Of a DNA stretch of 64,000 nt, positions 19,285-30,913 are shown one piece after another. A model generated the notes under the pieces. That model searched no databases. It was not told the DNA's origin and saw only the letters and a program-made list of their open reading frames with translations. The stretch's first letter is position 1; each line of letters begins with the position of its first letter. Location: contig JBDXKB010000004.1 of NCBI GenBank assembly GCA_039988235.1, positions 185,643 through 249,642 on the forward strand, in the 5' to 3' direction. The translations under genes and the position numbers were made by a program. The stretch is from Erythrobacter sp. (lineage in GTDB: Bacteria; Pseudomonadota; Alphaproteobacteria; Sphingomonadales; Sphingomonadaceae).

Positions 19285-21197
19285 TGGACGCGCTGCTTTC
19301 CAGAGCGAGTGAGGAAAAGGACCTGTTCGGCCATATTTCCGAGAGCGACAATGAGGAAGCGGCCCAAGCGGTCCCTCTTACCGACAAGGAAGAGCCCGGA
19401 GTAGAGAGCGGTGCCCAGCCCGGAGTAGAGGTCGTCGACGGTGTTGGCATTGCACCGACCGAGCCATTGGAGCCTTCACGAGCGCTCACCATTGGTGATT
19501 TCGTACCGCCATCTTCGGGTGCGAGAGCACGTTTGATTCGGCTGGCTTATCGCATGGGTGTTCCCGGAGCGACAATTGCCGCGCCGTTTCGCAAACCCGG
19601 CAAGATTCGCCTGCTGGCGACGGTGGAGGCCCCAGCCTTAGGCGACCGCACCACAGGGATTGCGCTGCGCGCCGGACATTTTCTGGCCCACGAAGTAAAG
19701 GCACCCATTGGCCAAGTGGAATTTGGCTCTAGCTCAACCGGATTGACGCCGCCGTTTGAACGGGTCGTGCATGGTTTTGACTGGCTGGCCGATCTGGCGT
19801 GTTCCGCCCCGCGCGAACAATGCGTTTCCACCGCCGAGCGGATTGCCGCGGCATGGCTCAATGCCAATCCCGCTCCCGCCAAAGGGCCTGCGTGGGAGAT
19901 TGAACATGTTGGGCACCGATTGCTGGCCTGGCTGGTTCATGCGCCACTTGTCTTGTCCGACCAAAAGGCCGGGCTACGCGCTCGCATGCTCGAGGCGATC
20001 GATACAACGGCTCGCTGGCTCGATCGCAATGTGACCAACGCCGCCGACCGGTTGGGCGAAGTGGCCGGTTGGTCAGCGATCACCGCGGCTGGACTGCTGC
20101 TTCCCTTGGGCAAGCCGCGCCGGCTTTACGGCGAGGCCGGATTACTCAAAGCTCTGGGCGAGCTTGTTGCTGAAGACGGCGGCGTGCTGTCGCGCAGCCC
20201 CATGGCGCAAATGGATGCCATTGCGATGCTGACCAATTTGCTGGCGTGTTACCGGGCGGTTGATCGCGACCCGCCACAGGCGCTGGGTGTGATGCTTGAA
20301 CTGCTCGTGCCGCCCTTGCTTGCGCTGCGCCATGGCGATGGCGGGTTGGGCAGTTGGCAGGGTGCCAATGCTGTTCGTGCAGACCGTGTTGCCGCTCTGG
20401 TTGATGCAAGCGGAGTGCGAACGCGCCCGCTCAAGGATGTTCGGCATTGGGGTTATCAGCGCCTGACCGGCGGCAAAGCGACCGTGCAATTTGATGCCGC
20501 ACCTCCGCCCAAGGCGCGCCATGCCCGTTGGGGCAGCGCGTCAACACTGGCGTTTGAAATGTCCGATGGCGATCACCGGCTGATCGTCAATTGCGGCGGC
20601 TCTGCGCTTGCTGGCGGATTGGTGCCTGCGCGAATTGAGCAGGGGCTTCGTGCCAGTGCGGCGCATTCTGCCTTGGTTTTGGACAATGCCAATTCCACAG
20701 CGGTGCTGATCAATGGCAAGCTGGGCAAGGGTGTTGAACAGGTTGAGGTTGATCGGCGGACACTTGGGGCTGGTGGTCAAGAGGCGACACGGGTCGAAGC
20801 CAGCCACGATGGCTATGCCGCGCGCTATGGCCTTACCCATCGCCGGATATTGATGTTGCGGGCCGATGGCACCGAATTGCGCGGCGAAGATATTCTGCAG
20901 CCACAGGCGAAACGTGGCCAGCGCGGCAAGATCGCTTATGCGCTGCGGTTTCACTTGGGTGTCGCGGTTGAAACGCGACTGGCCGATGATCGCGGCGGGG
21001 CCAGCCTTGTTTTGCCCAATGGCAGCCTGTGGCAGTTCCGCATTGCTGGCGATGAAACCGGCGCACGCGTTTCGCTGGAAGAAAGCCTGTGGGTCGATGG
21101 AACCGGCAGGCCGCGCCCGACCCAGCAATTGGTGATCGAGGGCATGACACAGCGCGGCGGGGGACAATTCTCCTGGCTGCTGAAGAAAATGGGGTAG
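19284..21197 (+). CDS. Heparinase II/III family protein
   Basis: [10 protein letters not shown]-x-S-x-LAFEMS..LIVNCG, R-x-S-A-A-H-S and ASHDGY motifs. TGATG overlap with rpe. Confidence 0.82.
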   Translation: MDALLSRASEEKDLFGHISESDNEEAAQAVPLTDKEEPGVESGAQPGVEVVDGVGIAPTEPLEPSRALTIGDFVPPSSGARARLIRLAYRMGVPGATIAAPFRKPGKIRLLATVEAPALGDRTTGIALRAGHFLAHEVKAPIGQVEFGSSSTGLTPPFERVVHGFDWLADLACSAPREQCVSTAERIAAAWLNANPAPAKGPAWEIEHVGHRLLAWLVHAPLVLSDQKAGLRARMLEAIDTTARWLDRNVTNAADRLGEVAGWSAITAAGLLLPLGKPRRLYGEAGLLKALGELVAEDGGVLSRSPMAQMDAIAMLTNLLACYRAVDRDPPQALGVMLELLVPPLLALRHGDGGLGSWQGANAVRADRVAALVDASGVRTRPLKDVRHWGYQRLTGGKATVQFDAAPPPKARHARWGSASTLAFEMSDGDHRLIVNCGGSALAGGLVPARIEQGLRASAAHSALVLDNANSTAVLINGKLGKGVEQVEVDRRTLGAGGQEATRVEASHDGYAARYGLTHRRILMLRADGTELRGEDILQPQAKRGQRGKIAYALRFHLGVAVETRLADDRGGASLVLPNGSLWQFRIAGDETGARVSLEESLWVDGTGRPRPTQQLVIEGMTQRGGGQFSWLLKKMG

Positions 21198-21205
21198 TTT
21201 TTCAG

Positions 21206-22795
21206 GTGAGCGAGATTGCAATCAAGCGGGCGCTGCTATCAGTGTCCGACAAAACCGGATTGGTGGAACTGGGCAAGGCTCTGGCGGCGCGCGGTGTGGA
21301 TTTGGTGTCGACCGGCGGTACGGCCAAGGCGCTGCGCGATGCAGGACTGGATGTGCGCGATATCTCTGATCTGACTGGATTTCCCGAGATGATGGACGGG
21401 CGGGTTAAGACGCTCCACCCAAAGGTGCATGGCGGACTGCTGGCGGTGCGCGACAATGCTGAACATGCCGCGGCGATGGAAGAACATGAAATCGGTGCGA
21501 TCGATTTGGTGGTGGTCAATCTCTATCCGTTTGAGGCAACTGTGATGCGCGGTGCAGATCGCGACGAGATTATCGAGAATATCGATATCGGCGGGCCCAG
21601 TATGGTTCGCTCATCTGCAAAAAATCACCAATTCGTCACGATTGTGACCGACCCGGCAGATTATTCTGTTTTGATGGACGAGCTTAAAGCCAGCGATGGC
21701 GCTACTTCGCTGGAATTTCGCAAATCTATGGCGGCAAAGGCTTTTGCTGCAACAGCGAGCTATGATTCGATGATCAGCCAGTGGTTTGCCTTTGCCGATC
21801 AGGGGCAAATGTTCCCCGATATGCTGGCGATCAACGGACGCGCTCCAACGCAATTGCGCTATGGCGAGAATCCGCACCAAAAAGCGGCGCTTTATACTCC
21901 GGTCGGCCCGCACCAACCCGGCATTGCTCAGGCCGAACAATTGCAGGGCAAGGAATTGTCCTACAACAATTACAATGATGCCGATGCGGCGCTGGAATTG
22001 TGTGCCGAATTTGCTGACGGCGAACCGGCAGTTGTCATTGTGAAGCATGCCAATCCGTGCGGTGTGGCTCAGGGCGCGACTTTGCTGGAAGCGTGGGAGG
22101 GCGCGCTTCAATGCGACAGCGTCTCGGCCTTTGGCGGCATTGTTGCGGTCAACCGGGAATTGGATGGAGCGACCGCACAGGCGATTGCCCAGATATTTAC
22201 CGAAGTTGTGATCGCTCCGGCAATTTCAGCAGAAGCGCGTGACGTCTTCGCCAAGAAAAAGAATTTGCGCCTGCTGGTTACTGGCGATTTGCCCGATCCA
22301 CGCCGTGGCGGGCTGGCGGTAAAACCGATCACTGGCGGCTTGCTGGTCCAATCGCGTGATAATGGGACGATCACAGCGGAAGAATTGAAAGTCGTTACAG
22401 AACGTGCACCGAATGAGCAGGAACTCAAAGACTGCTTGTTCGCATGGACCGTTGCGCGTCACGTCAAATCGAACGCAATCGTCTATGCCAATGGCGGCAC
22501 GACAGCGGGCATTGGGGCTGGTCAGATGAACCGCCGTGATTCCTCCCGAATTGCCGCTATGAAAGCGGCGGAAGCTGCAGAGAAATATGGTTGGGATCAG
22601 TCGAAAGCGGTCGGCAGCGCGGTGGCCTCTGACGCTTTCTTCCCCTTCGCAGATGGGCTCCTTGCAGCGGCTGAGGCTGGCGCAACCGCGGTGATCCAAC
22701 CGGGCGGTTCAATTCGCGATGACGAAGTGATTGAGGCGGCCAACCAAGCAGGACTGGCGATGGTATTCACCGGCATGAGGCACTTTAAGCATTGA
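21206..22795 (+). CDS. purH: Bifunctional AICAR transformylase / IMP cyclohydrolase
   Basis: [46 protein letters not shown] start at 21206. Confidence 0.98.
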   Translation: MSEIAIKRALLSVSDKTGLVELGKALAARGVDLVSTGGTAKALRDAGLDVRDISDLTGFPEMMDGRVKTLHPKVHGGLLAVRDNAEHAAAMEEHEIGAIDLVVVNLYPFEATVMRGADRDEIIENIDIGGPSMVRSSAKNHQFVTIVTDPADYSVLMDELKASDGATSLEFRKSMAAKAFAATASYDSMISQWFAFADQGQMFPDMLAINGRAPTQLRYGENPHQKAALYTPVGPHQPGIAQAEQLQGKELSYNNYNDADAALELCAEFADGEPAVVIVKHANPCGVAQGATLLEAWEGALQCDSVSAFGGIVAVNRELDGATAQAIAQIFTEVVIAPAISAEARDVFAKKKNLRLLVTGDLPDPRRGGLAVKPITGGLLVQSRDNGTITAEELKVVTERAPNEQELKDCLFAWTVARHVKSNAIVYANGGTTAGIGAGQMNRRDSSRIAAMKAAEAAEKYGWDQSKAVGSAVASDAFFPFADGLLAAAEAGATAVIQPGGSIRDDEVIEAANQAGLAMVFTGMRHFKH

Positions 22796-22808
22796 TTTGT
22801 GAAGGCCC

Positions 22809-24389
22809 CTAACGGCGGCGCTTGAGGCCAAATAAACCTTTTCCCCGCAATATCGCCTCTGCACAATTGTGACCGGGCGCGCCTGTAACACCCCCTCCCG
22901 GATGGGTTCCGGCACCGCACAGCCACAAACCATCGATGGGCGTTTGATAGCTACCAGAACCAAGGAAGGGACGCGCCGACCACAATTGGTCAAGGCTCAT
23001 CCGGCCATGAAAAATGTCCCCGCGCCAAAGGCCGAATTTGCGCTCCAGCGCTCGCGGCGTATGGATTTGCTTGTGTAGGATCAGCTCGCGAAAGCCCGGA
23101 GCATGAAGCTCAATTATCGCCAGCACGGCTTCGACAGCACCTTCTTCGCTCTCGTCCGGCAAATCGGGATCGACATGTTGGCAAAACAGGCTGGCCACAT
23201 GCTTACCGACCGGAGCTAAGCTGTCGTCCACCAGGCTGGGTATCAGCATCTCGACAATCGGCTCGCTAGAGAAGCCATTGTCGCGCGCTTGCTGATAGGC
23301 TCGGTCCATATAATCAAGCGAGGGCGCGATGATAATGCCCGAACGCAGATGGATATCGCCCGGCGGTGCATGAGTAAATTTGGGCAAGCCAGAAAGCGCA
23401 AGGTTCATCCGAAGCGAGCCAGATCCCCCGCGATAAGAGCGCATGGATTGCTGGACGTGGTCGGGCTGGGAGGCGTGCGGCACCAGCCTATCGAACAGGG
23501 GTTTGGGACCAAGATTGGCAATCACCCGCTTGGCACGGATTTCCTCACCACTTTCCAGCCGGACGCCCACCGCAGTGCCGCCATCCATCACGACTTGCTC
23601 GACCGGAGCGCCTGTAGTGATTTCAACCCCTTGCTCGCGGGCCGCCACTCCCATCATCTGGGTGATCGCACCCATCCCGCCAATGACGTGGCCCCAACTG
23701 CCCTTATTGCCATTCACTTCGCCAAACACATGATGGAGCAGCACATAGGCACTGCCAGGACTATCGGGCGAGGCGTAATTACCGACGCAAGCATCGAAGC
23801 CGAAAGCTGCCTTCACAACATCACTTTCAAACCAATCGTCGAGCACTTCGCGGGCGGACCGGGTGAATAATTTGAGGACCGCTGCTTGTCTTTCCACTGG
23901 TAGCTTGGCGAGATCGCGGGTTTGCACAGCGGCGTCTATTAGAGAGCGGAGGCCGCCCTTGGGATTGGGCGGAATCTTAAGCGCCAACGAGCGCAGGACG
24001 TCCGCTGCATCCTCCAACATGGCATAGTAAAGCGGCAATGCCTCCGCATCATTTCGGCTATAGCGCGCAACTTCTGTCTGGCTTTGCGAAAGCTCACCTC
24101 CCATCGTGAGAAAGCCTTGCTCGATTGGGAGATAATTAGAGATAGGCCGCTCGATCACCTTGTAACCGCGTGACGGCAAAGCCATGTCTGCGATGATCTT
24201 GGGCTGCAGCAAGCTGACCGTATAGCTGGCCGTCGAATTGCGAAACCCGGGCGAAAATTCCTCGGTGACAGCAGCTCCGCCGATCACATCGCGCGCCTCC
24301 ACTATGCGAATTTTCATCCCTGCCTTGGCAAGATAGAACCCACACGTCAGGCCGTTATGGCCCGCTCCGATGATGACAGCGTCCAACAT
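22809..24389 (-). CDS. Phytoene desaturase-like (PYROXD2-like) FAD-dependent oxidoreductase
   Basis: [50 protein letters not shown]. Confidence 0.88.
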   Translation of the reverse strand: MLDAVIIGAGHNGLTCGFYLAKAGMKIRIVEARDVIGGAAVTEEFSPGFRNSTASYTVSLLQPKIIADMALPSRGYKVIERPISNYLPIEQGFLTMGGELSQSQTEVARYSRNDAEALPLYYAMLEDAADVLRSLALKIPPNPKGGLRSLIDAAVQTRDLAKLPVERQAAVLKLFTRSAREVLDDWFESDVVKAAFGFDACVGNYASPDSPGSAYVLLHHVFGEVNGNKGSWGHVIGGMGAITQMMGVAAREQGVEITTGAPVEQVVMDGGTAVGVRLESGEEIRAKRVIANLGPKPLFDRLVPHASQPDHVQQSMRSYRGGSGSLRMNLALSGLPKFTHAPPGDIHLRSGIIIAPSLDYMDRAYQQARDNGFSSEPIVEMLIPSLVDDSLAPVGKHVASLFCQHVDPDLPDESEEGAVEAVLAIIELHAPGFRELILHKQIHTPRALERKFGLWRGDIFHGRMSLDQLWSARPFLGSGSYQTPIDGLWLCGAGTHPGGGVTGAPGHNCAEAILRGKGLFGLKRRR

Positions 24390-24530
24390 GAATTTTGCTG
24401 TGTAACTTTTTTCGCTCTCGCTGCGAACTGCAAAATACCAACCCAAATAATAACGGCGCGTTCACCGGATTGAAAGCGGTGATGGCTATACGCACCAGCG
24501 AAACGACTTAACCAGAGTTACGAGATCACT

Positions 24531-24683
24531 ATGAGCCTGTTCAAATCTGACCTATCCCGCAATTTCGGCATCGGCTTCTTGTTGGGCGCTGTGCTTGTGG
24601 TGATGAGCGCTGCGCCAGACTGGCGCGCTGAACTGGCTGCACCGGCACAAGCCGCAACAACCGAAACTCCTGCCGCTCGCTGA
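24531..24683 (+). CDS. Small membrane protein, 50 aa (below the ORF-track cutoff)
   Basis: ATG..TGA read by hand: MSLFKSDLSRNFGIGFLLGAVLVVMSAAPDWRAELAAPAQAATTETPAAR. One hydrophobic helix, and it fills an otherwise empty gap. Confidence 0.65.
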   Translation: MSLFKSDLSRNFGIGFLLGAVLVVMSAAPDWRAELAAPAQAATTETPAAR

Positions 24684-24790
24684 ACAGCTGAACAGATCGG
24701 TTAGCTCAACCCAATAGGGCTGATGACCCCCAAAACCAATATTGCAGTCTGACGCTGGCGCAATGGGTATGGGATCGCTATATTGGCGTT

Positions 24791-25255
24791 ATGGCGGCAC
24801 ATTCACACGCACATAAAGAGCATTCCGGCCAGACTTTGGTCGAAGAAGCACGCAATTCGCTGACCAGCGCGGGCGAGCAATGGACCAGCATGCGTGAGGC
24901 AGTGTTCGCCGAACTTGCCCGGCATGAACGGCCGACCTCCGCCTATGACATTGCCGATAATCTCTCGCGAGACCGGGGCAAGCGGGTTGCCCCAAATAGC
25001 GTGTATCGGATCCTTGATCTGTTTGTGACCAACAACCTTGCGATGCGGGTTGAGAGCGCGAATGCCTATCTCGCCAACAGCCATCCGGGATGCGAGCATG
25101 ACTGCATCTTCCTGGTTTGCGACGAATGCGGCGAGGCGACACATGTTGATGATGATGAAGTGAGTCGAAGCGTGCGCAATATCGCGCAAGGCAGGAGCTT
25201 TAAGGCGGAGCGACCCATCATCGAAATTCGCGGGTTGTGCCGCAGCTGCGCCTAA
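24791..25255 (+). CDS. Fur family transcriptional regulator, Zur-like
   Basis: His-rich N-terminus, SAYDI..VAPNSVYRILD, two CxxC pairs (CDEC, CRSC). Confidence 0.9.
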   Translation: MAAHSHAHKEHSGQTLVEEARNSLTSAGEQWTSMREAVFAELARHERPTSAYDIADNLSRDRGKRVAPNSVYRILDLFVTNNLAMRVESANAYLANSHPGCEHDCIFLVCDECGEATHVDDDEVSRSVRNIAQGRSFKAERPIIEIRGLCRSCA

Positions 25256-25348
25256 CCCCTGCCCCCAGCCGATCGTCGACCAGCCGTGTTGTTTTATCGG
25301 CAAACCGTTCATCGACAGTTTTGATTTTCGAGTGTAAGGCTTTGAGTT

Positions 25349-27271
25349 ATGAGTGAGACACCGAATACGCCACTGCTCGACACAGTCGATACGCCACACG
25401 ATCTTCGCAAGCTTGATTCTTCAGATCTGCGCCAATTGGCAGACGAATTGCGCACGGAAATGATTGACGCCGTTGGGTCCACTGGTGGCCATTTGGGGTC
25501 TGGGCTCGGTGTGGTCGAATTGACCGTTGCCCTCCATTATGTGTTCAACACACCTGATGACCGGCTGATCTGGGATGTGGGCCATCAGGCCTATCCTCAC
25601 AAGATTTTAACCGGGCGCCGTGATCGGATTCGCACTCTTCGCCAAGGTGGCGGTCTGTCTGGCTTTACCAAGCGCAGCGAAAGCGAATATGATCCGTTTG
25701 GCGCTGCCCACTCGTCCACCTCTATTTCGGCCGCGCTGGGTTTTGCGGTGGCCAACAAGCTCAAGAATCAACCGGGCCGCGGGATTGCTGTGATCGGCGA
25801 TGGCGCGATGAGCGCTGGGATGGCCTATGAGGCGATGAACAACGCCGAGCAGGCTGGCAATCGCTTGGTCGTGATCCTCAATGATAATGACATGTCGATC
25901 GCTCCGCCGGTTGGTGGCCTTAGCGCCTATCTCGCGCGGATGGTCTCCTCCAGCGAATATCTTGGTCTTCGCTCGCTCGCTTCGAAAGTGGTCAAAAAGC
26001 TCTCTCGCCGGGTTCACTCAACGCTGGACAAGGCGGAGGGTTATACGCGCGGTATGGTCACCGGCGGAACGTTGTTTGAAGAACTTGGCTTCTATTACGT
26101 TGGCCCGATTGATGGCCACAATCTGGACCATCTGCTGCCGGTGTTGGAAAATGTGCGCGACAGCGATCAAGGCCCGGTCCTGATCCATGTGGTTACGACC
26201 AAGGGTAAGGGCTATGCCCCCGCTGAAGACAGCGCCGACAAATATCATGGCGTTCCCAAATTCAATGTTGTGACGGGCGAGAAAGCCAAGGGTAAACCTG
26301 GGCCACCAGCGTATCAGAACGTGTTTGGCGACACTTTGGCAAAACTGGCCGATGATGATGACCGTATCTGCGCCATCACTGCGGCGATGCCTTCTGGCAC
26401 CGGTGTAGACCGCTTTTCCAATGCCCATCCCGAGCGTAGTTTCGACGTCGGCATTGCCGAGCAGCATGGCGTGACCTTTGCTGCCGGATTGGCGGCACAG
26501 GGCATGCGTCCCTTTGCGGCGATTTACTCGACATTCCTTCAGCGCGCCTATGACCAAGTGGTCCATGATGTTGCGATCCAGAACTTGCCAGTGCGCTTTG
26601 CAATCGACCGTGCGGGCTTGGTTGGTGCCGACGGCGCGACCCATGCCGGCAGTTTTGACATCACCTATCTGGCGACATTGCCGAATATGGTGGTCATGGC
26701 CGCGGCTGACGAGGCTGAGCTGGCGAATATGACGTACACGGCGGCCGAGTATGACGATGGCCCGATTGCCTTCCGCTATCCGCGTGGATCGGGCGTTGGT
26801 GTGCCGATTCCTGAAACACTGGAAAAGCTTGAGATCGGCAAAGGCCGTATGGTTCGCGAAGGCAGTAAGGTGGCCATCCTATCGCTTGGTGCTCGTTTGG
26901 AAGAGGCAAAGAAGGCTGCTGACCAATTGGAGGCCAAAGGGCTGTCCACTTCGGTTGCGGATATGCGTTTTGCCAAACCGCTCGACACTGAATTGATTGA
27001 GCGCTTGATGCGTTCTCACGATATTGTTGTGACGGTAGAGGAGGGCGCGATTGGCGGTCTGGGCGCGCATGTGCTGACCTATGCCAGCGATTCGGGGTTG
27101 ACCGATACTGGCCTGAAAGTACGCACTTTGCGCTTGCCTGACAGTTTCATCGACCAGGACGCGCCAGAGAAGCAATATGATGCAGCCGGCCTCAACGCGC
27201 CCCAGATCGTTGATACGGTCCTGACGGCATTGCGCCACAATTCTTCTGGGGTGGAAGAGGCTTGGGCTTAG
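25349..27271 (+). CDS. dxs: 1-deoxy-D-xylulose-5-phosphate synthase
   Basis: [49 protein letters not shown]. Confidence 0.98.
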   Translation: MSETPNTPLLDTVDTPHDLRKLDSSDLRQLADELRTEMIDAVGSTGGHLGSGLGVVELTVALHYVFNTPDDRLIWDVGHQAYPHKILTGRRDRIRTLRQGGGLSGFTKRSESEYDPFGAAHSSTSISAALGFAVANKLKNQPGRGIAVIGDGAMSAGMAYEAMNNAEQAGNRLVVILNDNDMSIAPPVGGLSAYLARMVSSSEYLGLRSLASKVVKKLSRRVHSTLDKAEGYTRGMVTGGTLFEELGFYYVGPIDGHNLDHLLPVLENVRDSDQGPVLIHVVTTKGKGYAPAEDSADKYHGVPKFNVVTGEKAKGKPGPPAYQNVFGDTLAKLADDDDRICAITAAMPSGTGVDRFSNAHPERSFDVGIAEQHGVTFAAGLAAQGMRPFAAIYSTFLQRAYDQVVHDVAIQNLPVRFAIDRAGLVGADGATHAGSFDITYLATLPNMVVMAAADEAELANMTYTAAEYDDGPIAFRYPRGSGVGVPIPETLEKLEIGKGRMVREGSKVAILSLGARLEEAKKAADQLEAKGLSTSVADMRFAKPLDTELIERLMRSHDIVVTVEEGAIGGLGAHVLTYASDSGLTDTGLKVRTLRLPDSFIDQDAPEKQYDAAGLNAPQIVDTVLTALRHNSSGVEEAWA

Positions 27272-27274
27272 GCT

Positions 27275-28105
27275 TTGGCAGGTGGCGCGCACGGCAAGGT
27301 TTCACGTGCTGTGATTACACTGCTGGGCGCCTTGGCCATTGCATATGTGGCCATTGCGGCAGTGCTGTATTTTTCGCAGCGTAGCTTTATCTATCCAGCG
27401 CCTACCGGGCCGGGTGCGGAGCCCGCTGGTTTCGAGACAGTTCAATACACAACCGCCGACGGGTTGGATTTGCGTGCCGGCCATCGCCCTGCTGCCGATG
27501 GCAGGCCGACAATCCTCTATTTCCATGGCAATGCCGCCGACTGGCAAAGTTCCGCAGTGGCAACCGACCGTCTGACACCGTCGGGTTATGGCGTGTTGGC
27601 CGCTGAGTATCGCGGTTATCGTGGCAATCCGGGCAAGCCAAGCGAGGCTGGGCTCTATGCTGATGGCAGAGCGGCCATCGCTTGGTTGGCAGGGCAGGGC
27701 GTGCCGCCATCTGAATTGATAATCATCGGCAATTCGATTGGCTCGGGTGTCGCGAGCCAGATGGCTGCCGAAGTTACTCCGCGCGCGCTTGTCCTGATCT
27801 CACCCTTCGCGAGCCTTTCCCAATTGGTGCATGAGAAGCTGAGGTTTCTGCCAACGTCGGTGTTGTTGAAAGACCACTTTCGCAATGACGATAAATTGGC
27901 TCAAATTGATGCGCCGATCGTCATTCTGCATGGCACAGCAGACACGCTGATACCGATCCATCATGCCCGGCAATTGGCGGCGCAAACCGATCGCGCAAAA
28001 TTGATCGAATTTGAGAATATCGGTCATGATCTCGCATGGTATGATCCTGCAGAAATGGCATTGCTTCGTTTCTTGGAAGACCTGCCGCCTCAGGAGAATA
28101 GATAA
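27275..28105 (+). CDS. Alpha/beta hydrolase with N-terminal membrane anchor
   Basis: YFHGNA, GNSIG nucleophile elbow, HGTAD..H triad. TTG start. Confidence 0.85.
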   Translation: MAGGAHGKVSRAVITLLGALAIAYVAIAAVLYFSQRSFIYPAPTGPGAEPAGFETVQYTTADGLDLRAGHRPAADGRPTILYFHGNAADWQSSAVATDRLTPSGYGVLAAEYRGYRGNPGKPSEAGLYADGRAAIAWLAGQGVPPSELIIIGNSIGSGVASQMAAEVTPRALVLISPFASLSQLVHEKLRFLPTSVLLKDHFRNDDKLAQIDAPIVILHGTADTLIPIHHARQLAAQTDRAKLIEFENIGHDLAWYDPAEMALLRFLEDLPPQENR

Positions 28106-28902
28106 TGAGCCTTCTCACCATCACGCGCGACGCACATGTCACCACTTTGGAGCTCAATCGCCCCGACATGATGAACGCGCTGGGCGCAGACGGGGACGGT
28201 GACGAATTTGTCGCCGCCTGTGATGCGATCAACACCGATCTGAACGTGCGCTGCGCCATCCTAACCGGTACGGGCCGCGCCTTTTCGGCGGGTGGGGACA
28301 TCAAAGCGATGAAAGAGCGCAGCGGCAATTTTGGCGGCACCCCGCCGGGTATTTCCGATGGCTATCGCAACAATATTCACCGCATATTGCGCGCGCTGCA
28401 TGGGCTGCGCGTGCCCTTGATTGCGGCAATCAACGGCCCGGCGATTGGTCTGGGCTGCGACCTTGCCTGCCTGGCCGATATCCGCATTGCGAGCGAGCGG
28501 GCGAAATTCGGTGTGACATTCCTCAAACTGGGCATCATTCCTGGGGATGGCGGCACGTGGATATTGCCTCGCGTGATTGGGCAAAGCCGCGCGGCCGAAT
28601 TGTTCTACACCGGCGATGTAATCGGTCCGGAGCAAGCGATGGAATGGGGTTTGGTCAGCCGGGTCATCGCTGGCGAGGAATTGATGTCTGAAGCAAATGC
28701 GTTGGCGCAAAAAATCGCCGCGCAGCCGCCGCACGCCTTACGGCACACCAAGAATTTGCTGCGGCAAGGCCAGTCGATCACCTATGATACGGCGCTGGAA
28801 ATGGCGGCCAATACGCAGGCGCTAATGCATCTGACCGATGACCATATGGAGGGCATCGACGCTCTGCTGGAGAAGCGATCGGCTAACTTCAAAGGGGAGT
28901 GA
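28105..28902 (+). CDS. Enoyl-CoA hydratase/isomerase (crotonase) family protein
   Basis: AFSAGGDI and GPAIGLG oxyanion motifs, GIIPGDGG. Confidence 0.92.
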   Translation: MSLLTITRDAHVTTLELNRPDMMNALGADGDGDEFVAACDAINTDLNVRCAILTGTGRAFSAGGDIKAMKERSGNFGGTPPGISDGYRNNIHRILRALHGLRVPLIAAINGPAIGLGCDLACLADIRIASERAKFGVTFLKLGIIPGDGGTWILPRVIGQSRAAELFYTGDVIGPEQAMEWGLVSRVIAGEELMSEANALAQKIAAQPPHALRHTKNLLRQGQSITYDTALEMAANTQALMHLTDDHMEGIDALLEKRSANFKGE

Positions 28903-28913
28903 AGGCCACCTAG

Positions 28914-30083
28914 TTAGCTTTGGGGCAGAGGCTGGACGACTTCTTCGCTGATGTAGATGATCTGCGGAACCACCGGTTGGACTGGTTCAGGGGTCTGTTC
29001 GGCCTCGGTTTCAGTGTCGAGCGCAGGTGTGTTGGCATCTGTTGCTGCTGCCAAATCGGCGGGCGTTAGGTCAGCGCCCACACCAACCAGAGGAGCGCCC
29101 TCAGCCATCAATGCCTCAATGCTGCAATCGCGCGGTGGTGGGCGGTTCTTCAATGCAGCGATGTCCGCCTCGCGGTTGCATAGATAGCTTTCACGCGCTG
29201 CGAAATAGGGGTCATCGGACTCGCGGATTTGCCCCAGCTTCTCATCAAATTCGATCCGAAATTCGAGCGAATTCACCGTGTAGGCTGGGATTGCATAATA
29301 GGGCGTGTTGAACGGTTTGCCCAAAGCCAGCGGGACCACAGATTGGTCCAGAAAACTGCCTACCAGATCGCGCAATGTGGTCGCCCCGACCAGCGGAATG
29401 AACAGAAATGGACCGTGACCAACACCGTAATAACCCAACGTGTTGGAAAAGCCGTTGCGGCGATAGGGCAGGTTAAACGGCTTACGCTCTGCCACATCGA
29501 TCAAGCCGCCAATCCCAACCGTAGAATTGATCGCAAACCGGCCAAGGGTCTCAAACGCTTTGCCCGGCTTGAACTGCAGCAGATAATTGATGAAATTCAC
29601 CGGCTCCAGCAAGTTGCGGAAGAAATTGCGCAATCCTTTGCGGATAGGTCTGGGCAAGCGATCTTCGTAAGCGTTGGCAATAGGGGCCACGAGTGCCTGA
29701 TCAACCTCTTGGGTGATGGCGAAAGATGCTTCGTTCAATTCGACCAAGGGATCGCGGCCAATGACCTCTGAAGAACCGGTTACAACGATAGCGTCGCCCC
29801 CAGTTGCCGTTGCTTGCGTGCCGGGTGCTTGCGCGTCGGGGGCCTCAGTATTTGCGCCCTCTTCCTCGATCACCTCCCCTTCTTCAGGAGGAGCCAGATC
29901 GGTGGGTCCATCAACCGGCGTTACTTCGGCAGAAATGACTTCGTCTACGCCTTCTTCGGGCGCGACCAATTGCGCCGCCTGTTGAGCCGCGACGACTTGG
30001 GCCAACATTGAATGCTGGGGCAGCTCAATGGCGACTGGTGATGATGTTGCCAGCCAAACAGAGGCGGCGAGCGACGAAAACAT
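28914..30083 (-). CDS. mlaA: MlaA/VacJ family phospholipid-transport protein with long extensions
   Basis: DPLVELN, RFAINSTVGIGGLID, TLGYYGVGHGPFLFIPLVGATTLRD, DPY. Confidence 0.88.
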   Translation of the reverse strand: MFSSLAASVWLATSSPVAIELPQHSMLAQVVAAQQAAQLVAPEEGVDEVISAEVTPVDGPTDLAPPEEGEVIEEEGANTEAPDAQAPGTQATATGGDAIVVTGSSEVIGRDPLVELNEASFAITQEVDQALVAPIANAYEDRLPRPIRKGLRNFFRNLLEPVNFINYLLQFKPGKAFETLGRFAINSTVGIGGLIDVAERKPFNLPYRRNGFSNTLGYYGVGHGPFLFIPLVGATTLRDLVGSFLDQSVVPLALGKPFNTPYYAIPAYTVNSLEFRIEFDEKLGQIRESDDPYFAARESYLCNREADIAALKNRPPPRDCSIEALMAEGAPLVGVGADLTPADLAAATDANTPALDTETEAEQTPEPVQPVVPQIIYISEEVVQPLPQS

Positions 30084-30181
30084 TCAAACTCCTTGCCGGG
30101 CACTATTGAACACTATCGACGGGCAAAACAATTAAAAGCGTCTTCCGAACGCAAATTTGATCGCGGTGTCAGGCGGTTGCC

Positions 30182-30862
30182 TCAGAACCAACGCCATATG
30201 CCCGCAGGAATATCGCCGATGGGCAGATGCAACCAGCTGATGAAAACCCACAAAGCGATTCCTATCGCCCAGGGTAACGCCCCTGCTGAAAACATTTTGT
30301 GCCACCGCGGCCAATAGGAAGTGCGGCTCTGCCATTGATCCCATGCATCGCCCATCAGCGCGCGCTTCTTGCGGTCCTGCAAATGCGCGCCAATCAAGCT
30401 CAATGCGCCGATCGTGACCGCGACAATCATTGTGCGCCAACTCCACAACAAAACGATGTGCGACAGTGCCCATAGTGCGAATGACCACATCATCGGATGG
30501 CGAGTGACCAGAAACACACCGCGCGGTTCGGCGCGTGCTTGCTTTTCCGCACTCGGCGTCGGCAGAGCTGGGTTGCCAGAAAATGCCCCAGCGTAAAGGA
30601 CCAATCCGGGGATCAGCAACAGGCTGGCAATGATCCAGCCTGTATCTCCCGATCCTGGCAAATCGGCCGTTGGTGCAGCCTTAAAGGCAAAGTAAATCCA
30701 CACAATCGCCGCCAGGCTGACTAGCGAATAGACCGCCTGGAAACCCTTTTGGCCCAGCACGCCTTCCATCGGCGCCCGTAAGGGGTGCGACATGGCAAAA
30801 TGGGTTCCAATCAGCGTAAGGCTGGCAGCAAGAAGCTCGGTCAGCGCATGGTCCATGGTCAA
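30182..30862 (-). CDS. NnrU family membrane protein
   Basis: GTHFAMSHPLR, TRHPMMWSFALWALSH, W..RTSYWP motifs. Confidence 0.85.
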   Translation of the reverse strand: MTMDHALTELLAASLTLIGTHFAMSHPLRAPMEGVLGQKGFQAVYSLVSLAAIVWIYFAFKAAPTADLPGSGDTGWIIASLLLIPGLVLYAGAFSGNPALPTPSAEKQARAEPRGVFLVTRHPMMWSFALWALSHIVLLWSWRTMIVAVTIGALSLIGAHLQDRKKRALMGDAWDQWQSRTSYWPRWHKMFSAGALPWAIGIALWVFISWLHLPIGDIPAGIWRWF

Positions 30863-30913
30863 TTCCCTTAGTCAAAATTGCAGCAGAGGCGAGCCCCTAC
30901 CAATAAAGGGCCC

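Noticed and set aside
24508-24521. TTAA-N6-TTAC as a CtrA box for the 50-aa ORF
   Set aside because: The spacer is 6 rather than 7 nt and one half-site is imperfect.
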